From an uncultured Chloroflexia bacterium (lineage in GTDB: Bacteria > Chloroflexota > Anaerolineae > Anaerolineales > Anaerolineaceae): a DNA stretch of 64,000 nt. Where the stretch lies: NCBI GenBank assembly GCA_963701225.1, contig OY969578.1:1496871-1560870 (forward strand). Reading direction: 5' to 3'. Below, in pieces: positions 44,894 to 55,800 of this stretch. The notes under the pieces were generated by a model. The model did no database searches, was not told where the DNA came from, and saw nothing but the letters and a program-made list of their open reading frames with translations. How positions within the stretch are numbered: the first letter of the stretch is position 1; every line of letters starts with the position of its first letter. Made by a program: the position numbers and the translations under genes.

Positions 44894-46348
44894 ATGACCA
44901 TCACACTGCAGGATTTTAATAGAATCAATGATTATGAGTGGGAGATCCCGGCGGTTTACCGCCCGGATATGCGCGTGCCGGTGCGTTTTTTTGCCAGCCG
45001 ACACCTGCTGGAAGATGCGCTTGGCGACCGCTCGGTAGAACAGGCGATAAACTCCGCCACGCTGCCGGGGTTGGTCGGCCGGGTGGCGATCATGCCCGAC
45101 GTTCACCAGGGCTACGGCTTCCCGATCGGTGGGGTGGCAGCCACGCGCTACCCCGAGGGCGTCATCTCACCCGGCGGGATCGGGTATGACATCAATTGCG
45201 GCGTACGCCTGCTGACCAGCGTCATCCCGCTGGAAGCCGGGCAACCTTATCTCGAGGACCTGGTGCTGGCGCTCGACCAGAAGTGCCCGAGCGGCGTGGG
45301 TGTGAAAGGCGGACGTGCGTTAAAGTCAAATGAACTGGAGCAGGTCTGCCGTCTGGGCTCTGCCTGGGCGGTGAAACATGGCTATGGTGAGCCGGTCGAT
45401 CTTACACGGACCGAAGCGGGTGGCTGCCTGGAGGGTGCCGATCCGCTTTCGCTCAGCCGCCAGGCCGGCGAACGTGGTCAGGGTCAGCTTGGTTCGCTGG
45501 GCGCCGGCAACCATTTCATCGAGATCGACGTGATCGAGCACTTGTTTGATACGCAAGCTGCCGCTGCTTTCGGGCTGGTCGAAGGTTGCCTGGCATTGCA
45601 GATCCACTGCGGCTCACGCGGGCTGGGTCACCAGGTTTGCACGGATTACGTCCAATCCTTCCAGGATGCCGCCCGGCGTTACAACATCAAGCTTCCGGAT
45701 CGCGAGCTGGTTTGCGCGCCGCTGGATTCGCCTGAGGGCAGGAATTACCTGTCTGCCATGCGTTGCGCCGCCAACTATGCCTTTGCCAACCGCCAGGTGC
45801 TGGCTGTGCATGCGCGCGAAGCTTTCGAACAGGTCCTGGCAGGCAAGGTGAAAAACTGGCACCTGCGCCTGGTATATGACATCGCCCATAATATGGGCAA
45901 CATCGAGACGCATGAAATCGACGGGAAGAAAATGAAGGTCTGCGTCCACCGCAAAGGCGCAACACGTGCTTTTGGGCCGGGTGCGCCGGGGTTGCCGGAG
46001 GAACTCAAAACCAGCGGTCAACCGGTACTGGTACCGGGCAGCATGGGCACCGAATCGTGGGTGCTGGCGGGCGCAGCGCGGGCGATGGTGCTTAGCTTCG
46101 GCTCCTGCTGCCACGGTGCCGGACGGGTGATGAGCCGTTCGGCTGCCAAACATGCCGTGCGTGGTGAGCAGTTGAAGCGCGAGCTTGAAGCGCGCGGCAT
46201 CCACATCCGCGCCGGATCGTTGCCCGGTCTGGCGGAGGAAGCTCCACAAGCTTACAAGGATGTATCCGAGGTGGTTAAAGTTGTGATCGAAGCGGGGCTG
46301 GCAAAGAAAGTGGCGTTGCTCAAACCGCTGGCGGTGATCAAGGGGTAG
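44894..46348 (+). CDS. rtcB: RNA-splicing ligase RtcB
   Basis: ..[57 protein letters not shown].. A GAGGTG RBS lies before ATG 44894 (the track starts at GTG 44882). Confidence 0.9.
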   Translation: MTITLQDFNRINDYEWEIPAVYRPDMRVPVRFFASRHLLEDALGDRSVEQAINSATLPGLVGRVAIMPDVHQGYGFPIGGVAATRYPEGVISPGGIGYDINCGVRLLTSVIPLEAGQPYLEDLVLALDQKCPSGVGVKGGRALKSNELEQVCRLGSAWAVKHGYGEPVDLTRTEAGGCLEGADPLSLSRQAGERGQGQLGSLGAGNHFIEIDVIEHLFDTQAAAAFGLVEGCLALQIHCGSRGLGHQVCTDYVQSFQDAARRYNIKLPDRELVCAPLDSPEGRNYLSAMRCAANYAFANRQVLAVHAREAFEQVLAGKVKNWHLRLVYDIAHNMGNIETHEIDGKKMKVCVHRKGATRAFGPGAPGLPEELKTSGQPVLVPGSMGTESWVLAGAARAMVLSFGSCCHGAGRVMSRSAAKHAVRGEQLKRELEARGIHIRAGSLPGLAEEAPQAYKDVSEVVKVVIEAGLAKKVALLKPLAVIKG

Positions 46349-46422
46349 AAAACAAACGCCGACTTTTTTTCATGTATCTCGGGATTGCGAAGCCCCCATT
46401 TGGGGATATCCCGCAAAAATTT

Positions 46423-47484
46423 CTACTTCAAATAAATGGGATTCGAGAAGATCCAACCACGCCGCTCGCCCTTGAACATGCGATAGACTTCGACCCGGTA
46501 TGCACCCGGCACGTTGGTGCTGTGGGCGACCGCTTCGGTGTGACCGTATTCCTTGACCAGCTTGCCGTTATGGATCAGGCGCGCTTCGGCCGGTAAGGGC
46601 AGGCGCGCTTGCAGGGTCACCCCGCCCTTGCACCGGATCGTATCCCCCTGGATCGCGTGCTCCTCCTTGCCCTGGGCAGTGAAGGTGAACCCGCGCGTGG
46701 ATGCCGGCAGGTCGTAACCCACGAAAGCATGCCCGGCCTTCAGCGCATCGTAGATCATGGCGCGGTCTGTCTCAACTTCTCCCGTGAGAGCTCGCGGCAG
46801 GATCAAGTGGGTATTGACTGCCCGGAAATGTTGCTCGTAGGGGAAGATGATCCTATGCAATGGACCCTTGCGGATATCGTATTGGTGGGAATCCGACCCA
46901 CCCACGACCGCCACTTTCTGACCGGTGGAAAGTAAGGCGTCCCACTTTTTCAACGTGCGCTCGAGCGGACCCAGCGCCAGTTTCTCGAAGTTATAGGCAT
47001 ACTGGATGGCTTTCCATGTGGTGGTAGAGCGGCTCTTGAATTCGCTCATCGCATTCCACAGTTCGATACCGGTGTAACCGGTGACATCCCAATCGTCCCA
47101 GCTCAAATCACCTTCCCCGAATGCGGGCAGGGCATCCTCGAAGGGATGGGCAATGAATGTTGCTGCTCCAGCCCGGCGTGCCTGGTTGATCAATTCCTGG
47201 GGGCGGTCTGAGAATTGTGCCAGTTCGCGCCTGGCTCCCAATACCAGCAAGTGGCTTTTCTGGGGATCGCGGGCCGGGTTATGCACTTCCTCGCAGACCA
47301 GCACGAGCACCTTCTGGCGACCGTCCTTGAAATAGCCGTCGATCTCATCCACATAAACATTGTGGTCGGTGACCAGGATCGCATCCAGGCCGGCTTTCAT
47401 GGCAGCCCGCGCCAGGTCGGCATGGGTGCCATGCCCGTCCGAATAGCTGGAATGGATGTGAAGATTGACGACGATTTCGCTCAT
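46423..47484 (-). CDS. PHP-domain metallohydrolase (CehA/McbA-like)
   Basis: MSEIVVNLHIHSSYSDGHG..ILVTDHN.. The start is taken at the internal ATG 47484, because the longer track ORF would overlap secG upstream sequences. Confidence 0.7.
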   Translation of the reverse strand: MSEIVVNLHIHSSYSDGHGTHADLARAAMKAGLDAILVTDHNVYVDEIDGYFKDGRQKVLVLVCEEVHNPARDPQKSHLLVLGARRELAQFSDRPQELINQARRAGAATFIAHPFEDALPAFGEGDLSWDDWDVTGYTGIELWNAMSEFKSRSTTTWKAIQYAYNFEKLALGPLERTLKKWDALLSTGQKVAVVGGSDSHQYDIRKGPLHRIIFPYEQHFRAVNTHLILPRALTGEVETDRAMIYDALKAGHAFVGYDLPASTRGFTFTAQGKEEHAIQGDTIRCKGGVTLQARLPLPAEARLIHNGKLVKEYGHTEAVAHSTNVPGAYRVEVYRMFKGERRGWIFSNPIYLK

Positions 47485-47553
47485 GTTCGCTCGGTTGACG
47501 GAAGTTTGCACGTAAAGGTATAATTTAGTCCGTAAAATTAACGGAGGCAACAC

Positions 47554-47781
47554 TTGAAAACTTATCTGGATATTTCCTTGATTATAACGTCGATTGCCCT
47601 GATCGCTACCATCATCCTGCAATCCAAAGGCACCGGCATGGGCGCTCTTGCCAATGTGGATACGGGCGGCGTCTTCATGGCACGCCGCGGCGTAGAGAAA
47701 ACTCTGTTTATTATCACCATTATCCTGGCGGTCATTTTCTTTGCCTTGATCCTGGTGGATGTTTACATCGCAGCCCTTTAA
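47554..47781 (+). CDS. secG: preprotein translocase subunit SecG
   Basis: A 75-aa protein with two TM helices and ..ILQSKGTGMGA.. A GGAGG RBS lies 6 nt before the TTG start. Confidence 0.7.
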   Translation: MKTYLDISLIITSIALIATIILQSKGTGMGALANVDTGGVFMARRGVEKTLFIITIILAVIFFALILVDVYIAAL

Positions 47782-47845
47782 GCATGTGACACGTAGAAGG
47801 CGGTACCTGGCTTCTGACTGAGGTCTGAGGGCGACTCCCTACCTC

Positions 47846-49561
47846 GTGGGGCAGCCGCCTTCATTATTAACATACTTCATGAAAAAAATCCGTTTACAAC
47901 TCATCATCATCCTGGTCACTGCCGTTATTGTCGGCATACTTTTGATCGTCCAGAAACCGATCAGCGGGTCATTACTCTCCGCCCCCAGTGCCGGAGGAGT
48001 CTACACCGAGGCTCTGATCGGGGAATTTGGGCGACTCAACCCGGTACTGGACCTGCATAACCAGGCGGATCACGATGTCGACCGGTTGATCTTCAGCGGG
48101 TTGGTGCGCTATGATTCCAGCGGTCTCCCGCTGCCCGACCTGGCGGAATCGTGGGGCATTTCCAGGGATGGCACGATCTATAATTTTGCACTGCGATCGG
48201 GAATCGCCTGGCATGACGGTGATCCGCTGACGGTGGATGACATCATTTTCACCGTCGACCTGTTCCGGGATCCCAGCACGCTCATCCCGGAGGATCTGCG
48301 CACCTTCTGGACCGAAGTGGCGGTCGAAAAGATCGATGAAACCACCATCCAGTTTCGCCTGCCGGAACCATTCGCCCCGTTCCTGGATTATGTTGGTTTT
48401 GGCATCCTGCCTGCTCACCTGTTGGACGGAAAGACTGTCGACCAGTTGGTCGAGGATCCTTTCAACCTGCAGCCGGTAGGGACAGGCCCGTATCGCTTTG
48501 ACCGGTTGATCATAGATAAATCCCAGGTGACAGGTATCGTCCTGAAGCTGAATGAGAATTATTACGGCGACAGCCCTTTTCTTCAGCAAGTCATTTTCAA
48601 CTATTATCCGGATTCTGCCAGCGCCTTCGAGGCTTACAAAAGTGGTGAGGTGAAAGGCATAAGCCAGGTCACCACCGACGTCCTGACCGAGGTACTGATG
48701 GAAACCAACATTGCCAGCCATACTTCCATGCTCAACAAGTTGACCCTGGTATATCTGAATCTGAATAACAGCGAGACACCCTACTTCGCCGATGTTAATG
48801 TGCGCCAGGCACTCATCCTGTCGCTCAACCGTACCGCCATGATCAATAATCTGGTCGGCGGCCAGGCGGTCGTGGCAGACGGTCCGTTCATGCCGGGTGG
48901 CTGGGCATACTTCTCAGGGGTCACTCAGTACGATTTCGACCAGGAACGTGCCCGCCAGATCCTGGCAGCGGCGGAATACTCCATCCCGGCTGAAGGTGGT
49001 TCGCTTAAATCAAAGGATGGGGTTGTCCTCCAGTTCCAATTGCTGTATCCGAATGACGATTTCCACAAGGCAATGGCGGAACAGATCCAGAAGGATTGGG
49101 CGGGCATATCGGTTCAGGTGGATATCATGCCGATGGCGTACGACCAGATCATCAGTGATTACCTTATACCGCGCACCTACCAGGCGGCACTGGTCGAGCT
49201 GAATATGACCGGATCGCATGACCCTGATCCCTACCCATTCTGGGACAGTGCCATGGCGACCGGCGGGCAGAATTATTCGCAGTGGGGGAACAAGATCGCC
49301 AGCGAATACCTGGAATTGGCGCGCACGACACCTGATGTGGGCGAACGTGCCAAGTTATACCGTAACTTCCAGGTACTTTTTTCCAGGGAAGTGCCGGCCA
49401 TCCCGTTATTCTTTAACGTTTACACGTTTTCGATCGACCGCCAGATGCGCGGGGTGACGGTTGGCCCACTTTTCGACATCAGCGACCGCTTGATCTCGCT
49501 CCCACGCTGGAACCTGGTCACCCAACGCGGCGTGAAGGAAGTCTCATCCGAAGGAAATTAA
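47846..49561 (+). CDS. ABC transporter substrate-binding protein (family 5, peptide/nickel type)
   Basis: ..LAESW..S.DG..Y.F.LR.G..WHDG.P.T..D..F.. pattern with an N-terminal TM/signal. The start is either GTG 47846 or ATG 47879. Confidence 0.8.
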   Translation: MGQPPSLLTYFMKKIRLQLIIILVTAVIVGILLIVQKPISGSLLSAPSAGGVYTEALIGEFGRLNPVLDLHNQADHDVDRLIFSGLVRYDSSGLPLPDLAESWGISRDGTIYNFALRSGIAWHDGDPLTVDDIIFTVDLFRDPSTLIPEDLRTFWTEVAVEKIDETTIQFRLPEPFAPFLDYVGFGILPAHLLDGKTVDQLVEDPFNLQPVGTGPYRFDRLIIDKSQVTGIVLKLNENYYGDSPFLQQVIFNYYPDSASAFEAYKSGEVKGISQVTTDVLTEVLMETNIASHTSMLNKLTLVYLNLNNSETPYFADVNVRQALILSLNRTAMINNLVGGQAVVADGPFMPGGWAYFSGVTQYDFDQERARQILAAAEYSIPAEGGSLKSKDGVVLQFQLLYPNDDFHKAMAEQIQKDWAGISVQVDIMPMAYDQIISDYLIPRTYQAALVELNMTGSHDPDPYPFWDSAMATGGQNYSQWGNKIASEYLELARTTPDVGERAKLYRNFQVLFSREVPAIPLFFNVYTFSIDRQMRGVTVGPLFDISDRLISLPRWNLVTQRGVKEVSSEGN

Positions 49562-49617
49562 AGGTTGTCAATGGCGACAGGGAAAAAACCTGTCGTTTTT
49601 GATCTTAATGATAAACG

Positions 49618-50193
49618 ATGTTAAACGCTGATCTGGAAATAAATTACTTATATGAAGCAGTTCCGCTTTTGGACCGGTATCTGGGATCGAAAGAGGTTTT
49701 CTGGCAACTACCGGGTATTGCCCGGGAACCGGGATTCACATTTGGAGCATTGACCATCGGCGTGGTGTTGTTCATGCTGAAAAGGCTTAAGGCGCGAACT
49801 TTATCTGACAAGCTGGCAACCGAACGAGGGGATTATGAAACCCTCATTTTTCAGTCGAAGATCCGTAACGAGCGATTGTGGATGAAGAAGGTTGGCCAGG
49901 ATCTGACCAGCCGCACTCGTTTATGGCAGACATATTTGGATGAATATCGTGGCGATCCAGTCGCTGCCAGAAACAGCTATCCCAATCAGGTGTCTCAAAG
50001 GGTGATGGTTCAGTTATTGTGGGAGGAGCAGGATACGGGCAGTCTGTTGCTTACTCCGCTGCAGTTCATGCTGCAGAGCATGGATGCAATCCTGAAGCCG
50101 ATTTTTGTTCCAGGTGATTTCGTCTGGGAGGAAGAGCTCCAATCCGGATTTTCAAAAGATACATTTTGGTATCTCTATGGAAGTTTAAAATGA
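49618..50193 (+). CDS. hypothetical protein
   Basis: A 191-aa ORF with one central hydrophobic helix. Its stop overlaps the next start (ATGA), suggesting translational coupling. Confidence 0.45.
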   Translation: MLNADLEINYLYEAVPLLDRYLGSKEVFWQLPGIAREPGFTFGALTIGVVLFMLKRLKARTLSDKLATERGDYETLIFQSKIRNERLWMKKVGQDLTSRTRLWQTYLDEYRGDPVAARNSYPNQVSQRVMVQLLWEEQDTGSLLLTPLQFMLQSMDAILKPIFVPGDFVWEEELQSGFSKDTFWYLYGSLK

Positions 50194-50753
50194 GAAGAGT
50201 CACTGGAAAACCTGCACTTTATAGTGGTAGCGGTGACGGCGGAAGAACAGGTCTGGTTGGCAAGCAACAGGTCAGCAAAGGCAGTCGTCGCATCGATGTC
50301 ATTGGGGAGCTGGATGAACTTTCTGCCGCGCTTGGAATGGCACGTGCGGTCGCAGGGCAGGAGCTGACCCGCACGATCCTGATTGCCATCCAGCGTGATA
50401 TCTATAATATGATGGCCAGTCTGGCGGTTGCCGGGAAGGCAGACAGGAATGACGGCATTCTGGATCCCGAGCGTGTGACCTGGCTCGAAGAACAGATCGA
50501 TGTCGTGGCTGCCAGGACCAAGTTACCAAAGGGATTCATCGTGCCGGGTGATTCGCCCGGCGAGGCGGCGCTCGACTTCGCACGGACGGTGGCGCGCAGG
50601 GTGGAAAGGCGGGTCGTCCACCAGGTCGACCGCGGCAGGAAGGTGGCACCGGCCAACCTGAGTTACCTCAACCGCGTGTCTTCCCTGCTGTTTGCGCTCG
50701 AATTATACGAACTGGAAACGCAATCCATCAAACCCACTTTGGCGAAACAGTGA
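50190..50753 (+). CDS. ATP:cob(I)alamin adenosyltransferase, PduO type
   Basis: ..SGSGDGGRTGL..G..VSKGSRRIDVIGELDELSAALG.. and ..F(I)VPGDSPGEAALD.ARTVARR.ER... Confidence 0.8.
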   Translation: MRRVTGKPALYSGSGDGGRTGLVGKQQVSKGSRRIDVIGELDELSAALGMARAVAGQELTRTILIAIQRDIYNMMASLAVAGKADRNDGILDPERVTWLEEQIDVVAARTKLPKGFIVPGDSPGEAALDFARTVARRVERRVVHQVDRGRKVAPANLSYLNRVSSLLFALELYELETQSIKPTLAKQ

Positions 50754-50780
50754 AACCGGAATAATCCATAGGAACAGGAA

Positions 50781-51491
50781 ATGGGATCAATTATTAATGC
50801 CGTAGCGATCATCCTGGGCGGTGCGTTGGGTTTGCTGCTGTCGAACCGCCTGTCCGAGCAACTGCGTCATACCATCATGTCAATGCTGGGTCTGTTTACG
50901 CTGGCATACGGTATATCGCTCTTCCTGCAAACCCAAAATGTGATGGTCGTGCTTGCCAGCCTGCTGATCGGTGTTCTGCTGGGTGAGTGGTGGCGCATCG
51001 AGGAAGGGGTTGAATCGCTGGGTGAGTTCTTCGAGCGGCATTTCAACAAAGTCGGCAATACCGAGAGCGCGCGTTTCATCAGCGGTTTCATGACCACCTC
51101 GCTGCTGTTCGTCATCGGTCCAATGGCGATTTTTGGTTCGATCCAGGATGGCTTGACCGGCGACGTCCGCACGCTGGTGATCAAGGCGGTGCTGGATGGT
51201 TTCGCCGCCATGGCATTTGCTTCATCGCTCGGTCTGGGGGTGTTGTTCTCTTCCATCCCCGTGCTGGTCTATCAGGGTGCCATCACACTGCTGGCGCGCC
51301 AGGTCCAGACTTTCATGTCGGACGCCATGATGACCGAGATGTTGGCGACCGGTGGTGTGTTGCTGTTGGCCATTTCCGTTTCCAGCCTGCTCGAACTGCG
51401 CAAGATCCGGGTGGGCAGCTTCCTGCCGGCGCTGTTCCTGGCGCCAATGCTGGTGGCACTCCTGGCAGCATTGAATATCAACTTGAAATAA
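50781..51491 (+). CDS. DUF554-family membrane protein
   Basis: MGSIINAVAIILGGALGLLL.. start, polytopic, about 236 aa. The family call is by eye. Confidence 0.6.
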   Translation: MGSIINAVAIILGGALGLLLSNRLSEQLRHTIMSMLGLFTLAYGISLFLQTQNVMVVLASLLIGVLLGEWWRIEEGVESLGEFFERHFNKVGNTESARFISGFMTTSLLFVIGPMAIFGSIQDGLTGDVRTLVIKAVLDGFAAMAFASSLGLGVLFSSIPVLVYQGAITLLARQVQTFMSDAMMTEMLATGGVLLLAISVSSLLELRKIRVGSFLPALFLAPMLVALLAALNINLK

Positions 51492-51508
51492 CCCAGGACT
51501 ATTGAGAT

Positions 51509-51540
51509 AAAAAACCGACCCCATCGAGGTCGGTTTTTAT
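51509..51540. terminator. bidirectional rho-independent terminator
   Basis: AAAAAACCGACC-ccatcga-GGTCGGTTTTTATTTTT between convergent genes. Confidence 0.7.
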
Positions 51541-51553
51541 TTTTATTAAGGAA

Positions 51554-52783
51554 TTATTTTCCAGCTGCAAGTTCTTCTTTGATCACCTCCGCCAGGCGGG
51601 CAATCCCTTCGCGGATGATCTCGGGTTTGCAGTACGAGAAATTGAGCCGCATGGTATTCTTACCGCGCCCATCCGGATGGAAGGATGCGCCCGGTACGAA
51701 GGCGACTTTCTTTTCCACCGCCTTTTTAAACAGTTCCTGGGTGTCCATGCCTTCGGGCAGGGTTGCCCACAGGAACAGGCCGCCCAGTGGATGAGTCCAC
51801 TTCACACCGGCAGGCATGTTCTTCTCCAGCGCTTCGAGCATCGCATCGCGGCGTTCCTTGTAAACCGCGCGGATGGTTTTGACATGTTCATCAAGGAAGC
51901 CACCATGACCGACCTCGAATGCCACCACCTGGTTAAAGGTGGCGGTGTGAAGATCGGCACCCTGCTTGGCCTGGGTCAGTTTGCGGATCACCTGCGGCGG
52001 AGCGATGATCCATGCCAGGCGAAGCCCCGGAGCCAGGATCTTGGAGAATGTGCTGAGATAAATAACGTTGCCGTTATAGGTGTGGTCATGACCGCCCTTG
52101 GACTGGCTGTCGACCGTCATAACCGACGGGATATGTTCTCCTTCGAAACGCAACTGCCCGTATGGGTCATCCTCGATAATCGGGACGCCGTACCGGTCGG
52201 CGAGCTCAACCAGCATCTCTCGCCGTTTCAGCGGCAGGGTGGTGCCTGAGGGATTCTGGAAATTCGGCAGGACGTAGATGAATTTGGGTCCGGAACGCAG
52301 CGCGGATTCCAGCTGCTCTGTCACCATGCCGTTCTCGTCGGATGAAACGGTGACATATTCCGCACCATAAGCGTTCCAGGCTTGCAGAGCGCCCAGGTAG
52401 GTGGGGGATTCAACCAGGATGCGATCACCCCTGTTAATGAAGATCTTCCCGAGCAAATCGAGCGCCTGCTGTGAGCCGGAAGTGATCAGAACGTTATCGA
52501 CGGTGACATCGACTGCATAGCGTGAGGTATGGCGGGCGATCATTTCCCGTAGCGGGGTGTAGCCCTCGGTCGAACCGTATTGCAGCGATACCGGCCCCAA
52601 CTCGTCGAGCACGATATTACAGGCTTCCTTGATCTGTTTCAATGGGAAGACTTCCGGTGCCGGCAATCCGCCGGCGAACGAGATGATTTCTGGATCTTCA
52701 GTGATCTTCAAGAGTTCCCGGATAGCCGAACTGCCCATGCGTTGTGTGCGTTGAGCATAACGGAAATCCCAAGGTGTTTGCAT
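51554..52783 (-). CDS. PLP-dependent aminotransferase (class I/II, 2-aminoadipate/aromatic type)
   Basis: ..ISFAGGLP.PE.FP.., ..YG.TEGY.PLRE.., ..YV.PNFQNPSG.T.. and ..STFSKILAPGLRL.W.. (PLP Lys). Confidence 0.85.
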   Translation of the reverse strand: MQTPWDFRYAQRTQRMGSSAIRELLKITEDPEIISFAGGLPAPEVFPLKQIKEACNIVLDELGPVSLQYGSTEGYTPLREMIARHTSRYAVDVTVDNVLITSGSQQALDLLGKIFINRGDRILVESPTYLGALQAWNAYGAEYVTVSSDENGMVTEQLESALRSGPKFIYVLPNFQNPSGTTLPLKRREMLVELADRYGVPIIEDDPYGQLRFEGEHIPSVMTVDSQSKGGHDHTYNGNVIYLSTFSKILAPGLRLAWIIAPPQVIRKLTQAKQGADLHTATFNQVVAFEVGHGGFLDEHVKTIRAVYKERRDAMLEALEKNMPAGVKWTHPLGGLFLWATLPEGMDTQELFKKAVEKKVAFVPGASFHPDGRGKNTMRLNFSYCKPEIIREGIARLAEVIKEELAAGK

Positions 52784-52837
52784 TCTGCCTCCAAAAGTTA
52801 GTATCGTATTACGATTGCTTTTACCTGTTTAACGAAA

Positions 52838-52864
52838 GTCTACGGGTGCAAAGCACCCGTAGAC
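52838..52864 (-). terminator. rho-independent terminator of the SHMT-GcvT gene
   Basis: GTCTACGGGTGC-AAA-GCACCCGTAGAC is a perfect 12-bp stem. On the minus strand it is followed by TTTCGTT. Confidence 0.6.
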
Positions 52865-52874
52865 TGGTAAACCA

Positions 52875-55800
52875 CTACAATTTCGGGAACCGGCTGACGA
52901 TCATGGCCGGTGTGGGCAGGCTGACCCTGTCACCCAGGATCAGTCCGGCCGGTGCCTTGCCGGGTTCTTTGGCTGCGCTCTGGAAGATTGCGATGGGCGT
53001 ACCTTCCAGGCCGGCGGAGCGATCCACGAATGCCTGACCGGTCAGGAAGCCTTCGCTGTCGACCGCGCAACTGGTCACGACACCGATCACCTTGCCTTTT
53101 TTATCGACTACCGGGTCACCGTTGTGCGCCATGCGTACGCCCTTCTCGGTGAAACGGAAACGCGCAACCACGCCCTGGCGGTTCTTCTCACGTTCCATGA
53201 ACGCCTTGCGCCCAATGAACCAGGGCTTGTAGATCTTGACGTAGGAGCCGAATCCGGCTTCCGCCACGCCCAGGTTGCGTTCGCCGCCCATCTCGTGCCC
53301 GTAGAGCGGCAACCCGGCTTCGGTGCGTAGCGAATCGCGCGCACCCAGTCCGCAGGGTTTCATCCCCAACGGGGTACCGGCTTTCATCAGAGCATCCCAC
53401 AATACGACCGCCTGATCCGGATGGATGAACAACTCGAATGCCATCTTCTCGCCCGTGTAACCGGTGCGCGAAACGACCAGGTCGAAACCGCCCACCACGG
53501 CGTCGCATAGTTCTGTGCGTTTCAATGCCATGATGCGCGCTTTGGTGTCCTTATCGCATCCCAACCCCAGAAGGATTTCGCGCGATTTCTGCCCCTGCAG
53601 GGCGATATCGACACGCATATCCGCTCCAGCCTTGGGATCGCGCAAATTACGCAGCACGACTTCGCGCCCGAAGGCTTTTACCCATGGGTGTGATGGATCG
53701 ATCAGGACCTTGCCTTCGCGCACGGCGTTCAGCCAGGCCCAGTCCTTGTCATCGTTGGAAGCATTGACCACCACCAGGTATTTCTCACTCGTGCGGCGGT
53801 AGACCAGACAATCATCGATGACGTTGGAATCGGGGTCGAGGAATTGCGTATAGCAGGATTCACCCACTCCCAGGCCGCCGATATCGTTACCGCATACGCT
53901 GTCGAGGAAGGGGGCGGCTTCGATGCCTTCCGCCTGATAGACGCCCATGTGAGAGACGTCGAACAACCCGGCAGCCTGGCGGCATGCCAGGTGTTCCTCG
54001 ACCACCGAGGTGTACCAGACCGGCATATCCCACCCGGCAAACGGAACCATCTTGGCGTCCAGATTGCGGTGAGTCTCGTTTAGTGCCGTCTTGCGCAGCG
54101 GTGCTTCCTTTTCCTCCCACACGAATTTGGGCAGCGGTTTGCCGTCGCCTTTGCTGATGCCGATGTAATAGGGTTTGGTGGCATCCACGGCTTCGCCTGC
54201 CGGTGGTTTGGTGGCTTTTTCAGAGGACTCCTGGACGACAACCGGTCCGGGCATGCGCCGGGTCGGGTCTTCGTCGAAACTGGTGTAGCCATCCGACAGG
54301 TCGCGCAGCCAGGTGGCAGCCAGGTTGGCTTTGTCTGAGGCAACCGTCAGGCGGAAATGCTCGTTGCTAATACAGGTTAAACCGGCTTCCAGCTCCCCAT
54401 GGCTTGTGACCAGGCGGGTCGGTTGACTCTTGCCGGGTTTGAGCGCGGCTATGTCAGACGTTATCGCGTAGTTGAGGTACTGGCGCAGCTTGGCGCCTTT
54501 CAGGTCGTAGCTGACCCATTCGCCGGTTGAATTAGGTTTATCGTCGATATAGAAGAAGTGTGGGTAGCCGTGTGTGGCGGTGTCTTCGATGGCGCCGGCT
54601 TTTTCAGCCAGAGCACGCACGGTCAGCTTGGCTTTCTCGAGCGCATCAAAATCGACCTTGGCGCGTTGAGCCGGACCCTGGCGGGTTTCTACCGAGAACG
54701 GCACGGCAGTCTTCAACACACTGCCGATCACGCCGGCAATGGCTTTCATGTCAGCTTCCTTCAAGCCGCGCTGGGTCACCCAGGGGGTGCCCATGCGCAC
54801 GCCTGAGGCATTGGCAGAGGTTTTATCACCGGGGATGGTGTTGCGGTTGGTGACCAGCCCGGCGATATCGAGGATGCGCGCCGCCATGTCGCCCGAAAGC
54901 ATTGTGCCGTCGGGTCCGACGATGGTTTTGCAATCGATATTGGTCAGGTGGGTATCCGTCCCGCCGAAGGGGATGCGGAAGCCCTCAGCTTTCAGTGCTT
55001 CGGTTAATGCAACGCAGTTCTTGATGATCTGTTTCTGCAGTTCTTTGAATTCGGGTGTTTTTGCGAGTTTGAAGGTCAGCGCCAGGGCGGCGAAGACGTG
55101 CACGTGAGGTCCGCCCTGCTCGCCCGGGAAAACAGCCTTGTCGAGCTTTTTAGACAGCGCTGCGTCATGTGTAATGATGCAGGCGCCGCGCGGTCCGCAC
55201 AGCGTCTTATGGGTGGTGAAGGTCACCACCTGCGCGATGCCGATGGGCGAGGGGATCACACCGGCGGCGATCATCCCGGCGATGTGCGAAATATCCGCCA
55301 TCAGGATCGCGCCGACCGAATCGGCGATCTCGCGGAAGCGTTTCCAATCAGGCACCCAGGGGTAGGAGGAATAGCCGGCAATGATGATCCTGGGTTGATT
55401 TTCCCTGGCGAGGGCTGCCACGACTTCATAATCGATCTGCTCGGTCTGGGGGTCGACGGCATAATGAATGGCATTGAACCACTTGCCGGAGCGGTTGACC
55501 GAAGAGCCGTGACTGAGGTGACCGCCATGCAGCAGGTTCATGCCCAGGATGGTGTCGCCCGGGTTGAGCAGCGCGGTGTAGACGGCGTTGTTGGCAGGTG
55601 CGCCGGAAAGCGGTTGGACGTTGGTATACAGCCGGCCGGCTGAGATGCCGTTGGCGGCGAAAGCTTCGGCGCAACGCCGGCGGGCGAGAGCTTCGACCAC
55701 GTCGGCATATTCGACGCCCTTGTAGTAGCGCGGGTCGGAATAGCGCCGGTAAGAGCTAAGCTGGCGCGGGTAATCGAGGATCTCCTCCTCGCTCATCCAG

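Noticed and set aside
46380-46413. Hairpin CGGGAT..CCCCA-tt-TGGGG..ATCCCG between convergent rtcB and the PHP gene, as a bidirectional terminator
   Set aside because: The stem is interrupted and neither strand has a U-tract after the hairpin. It may still stabilise 3' ends, but I cannot support a terminator call.
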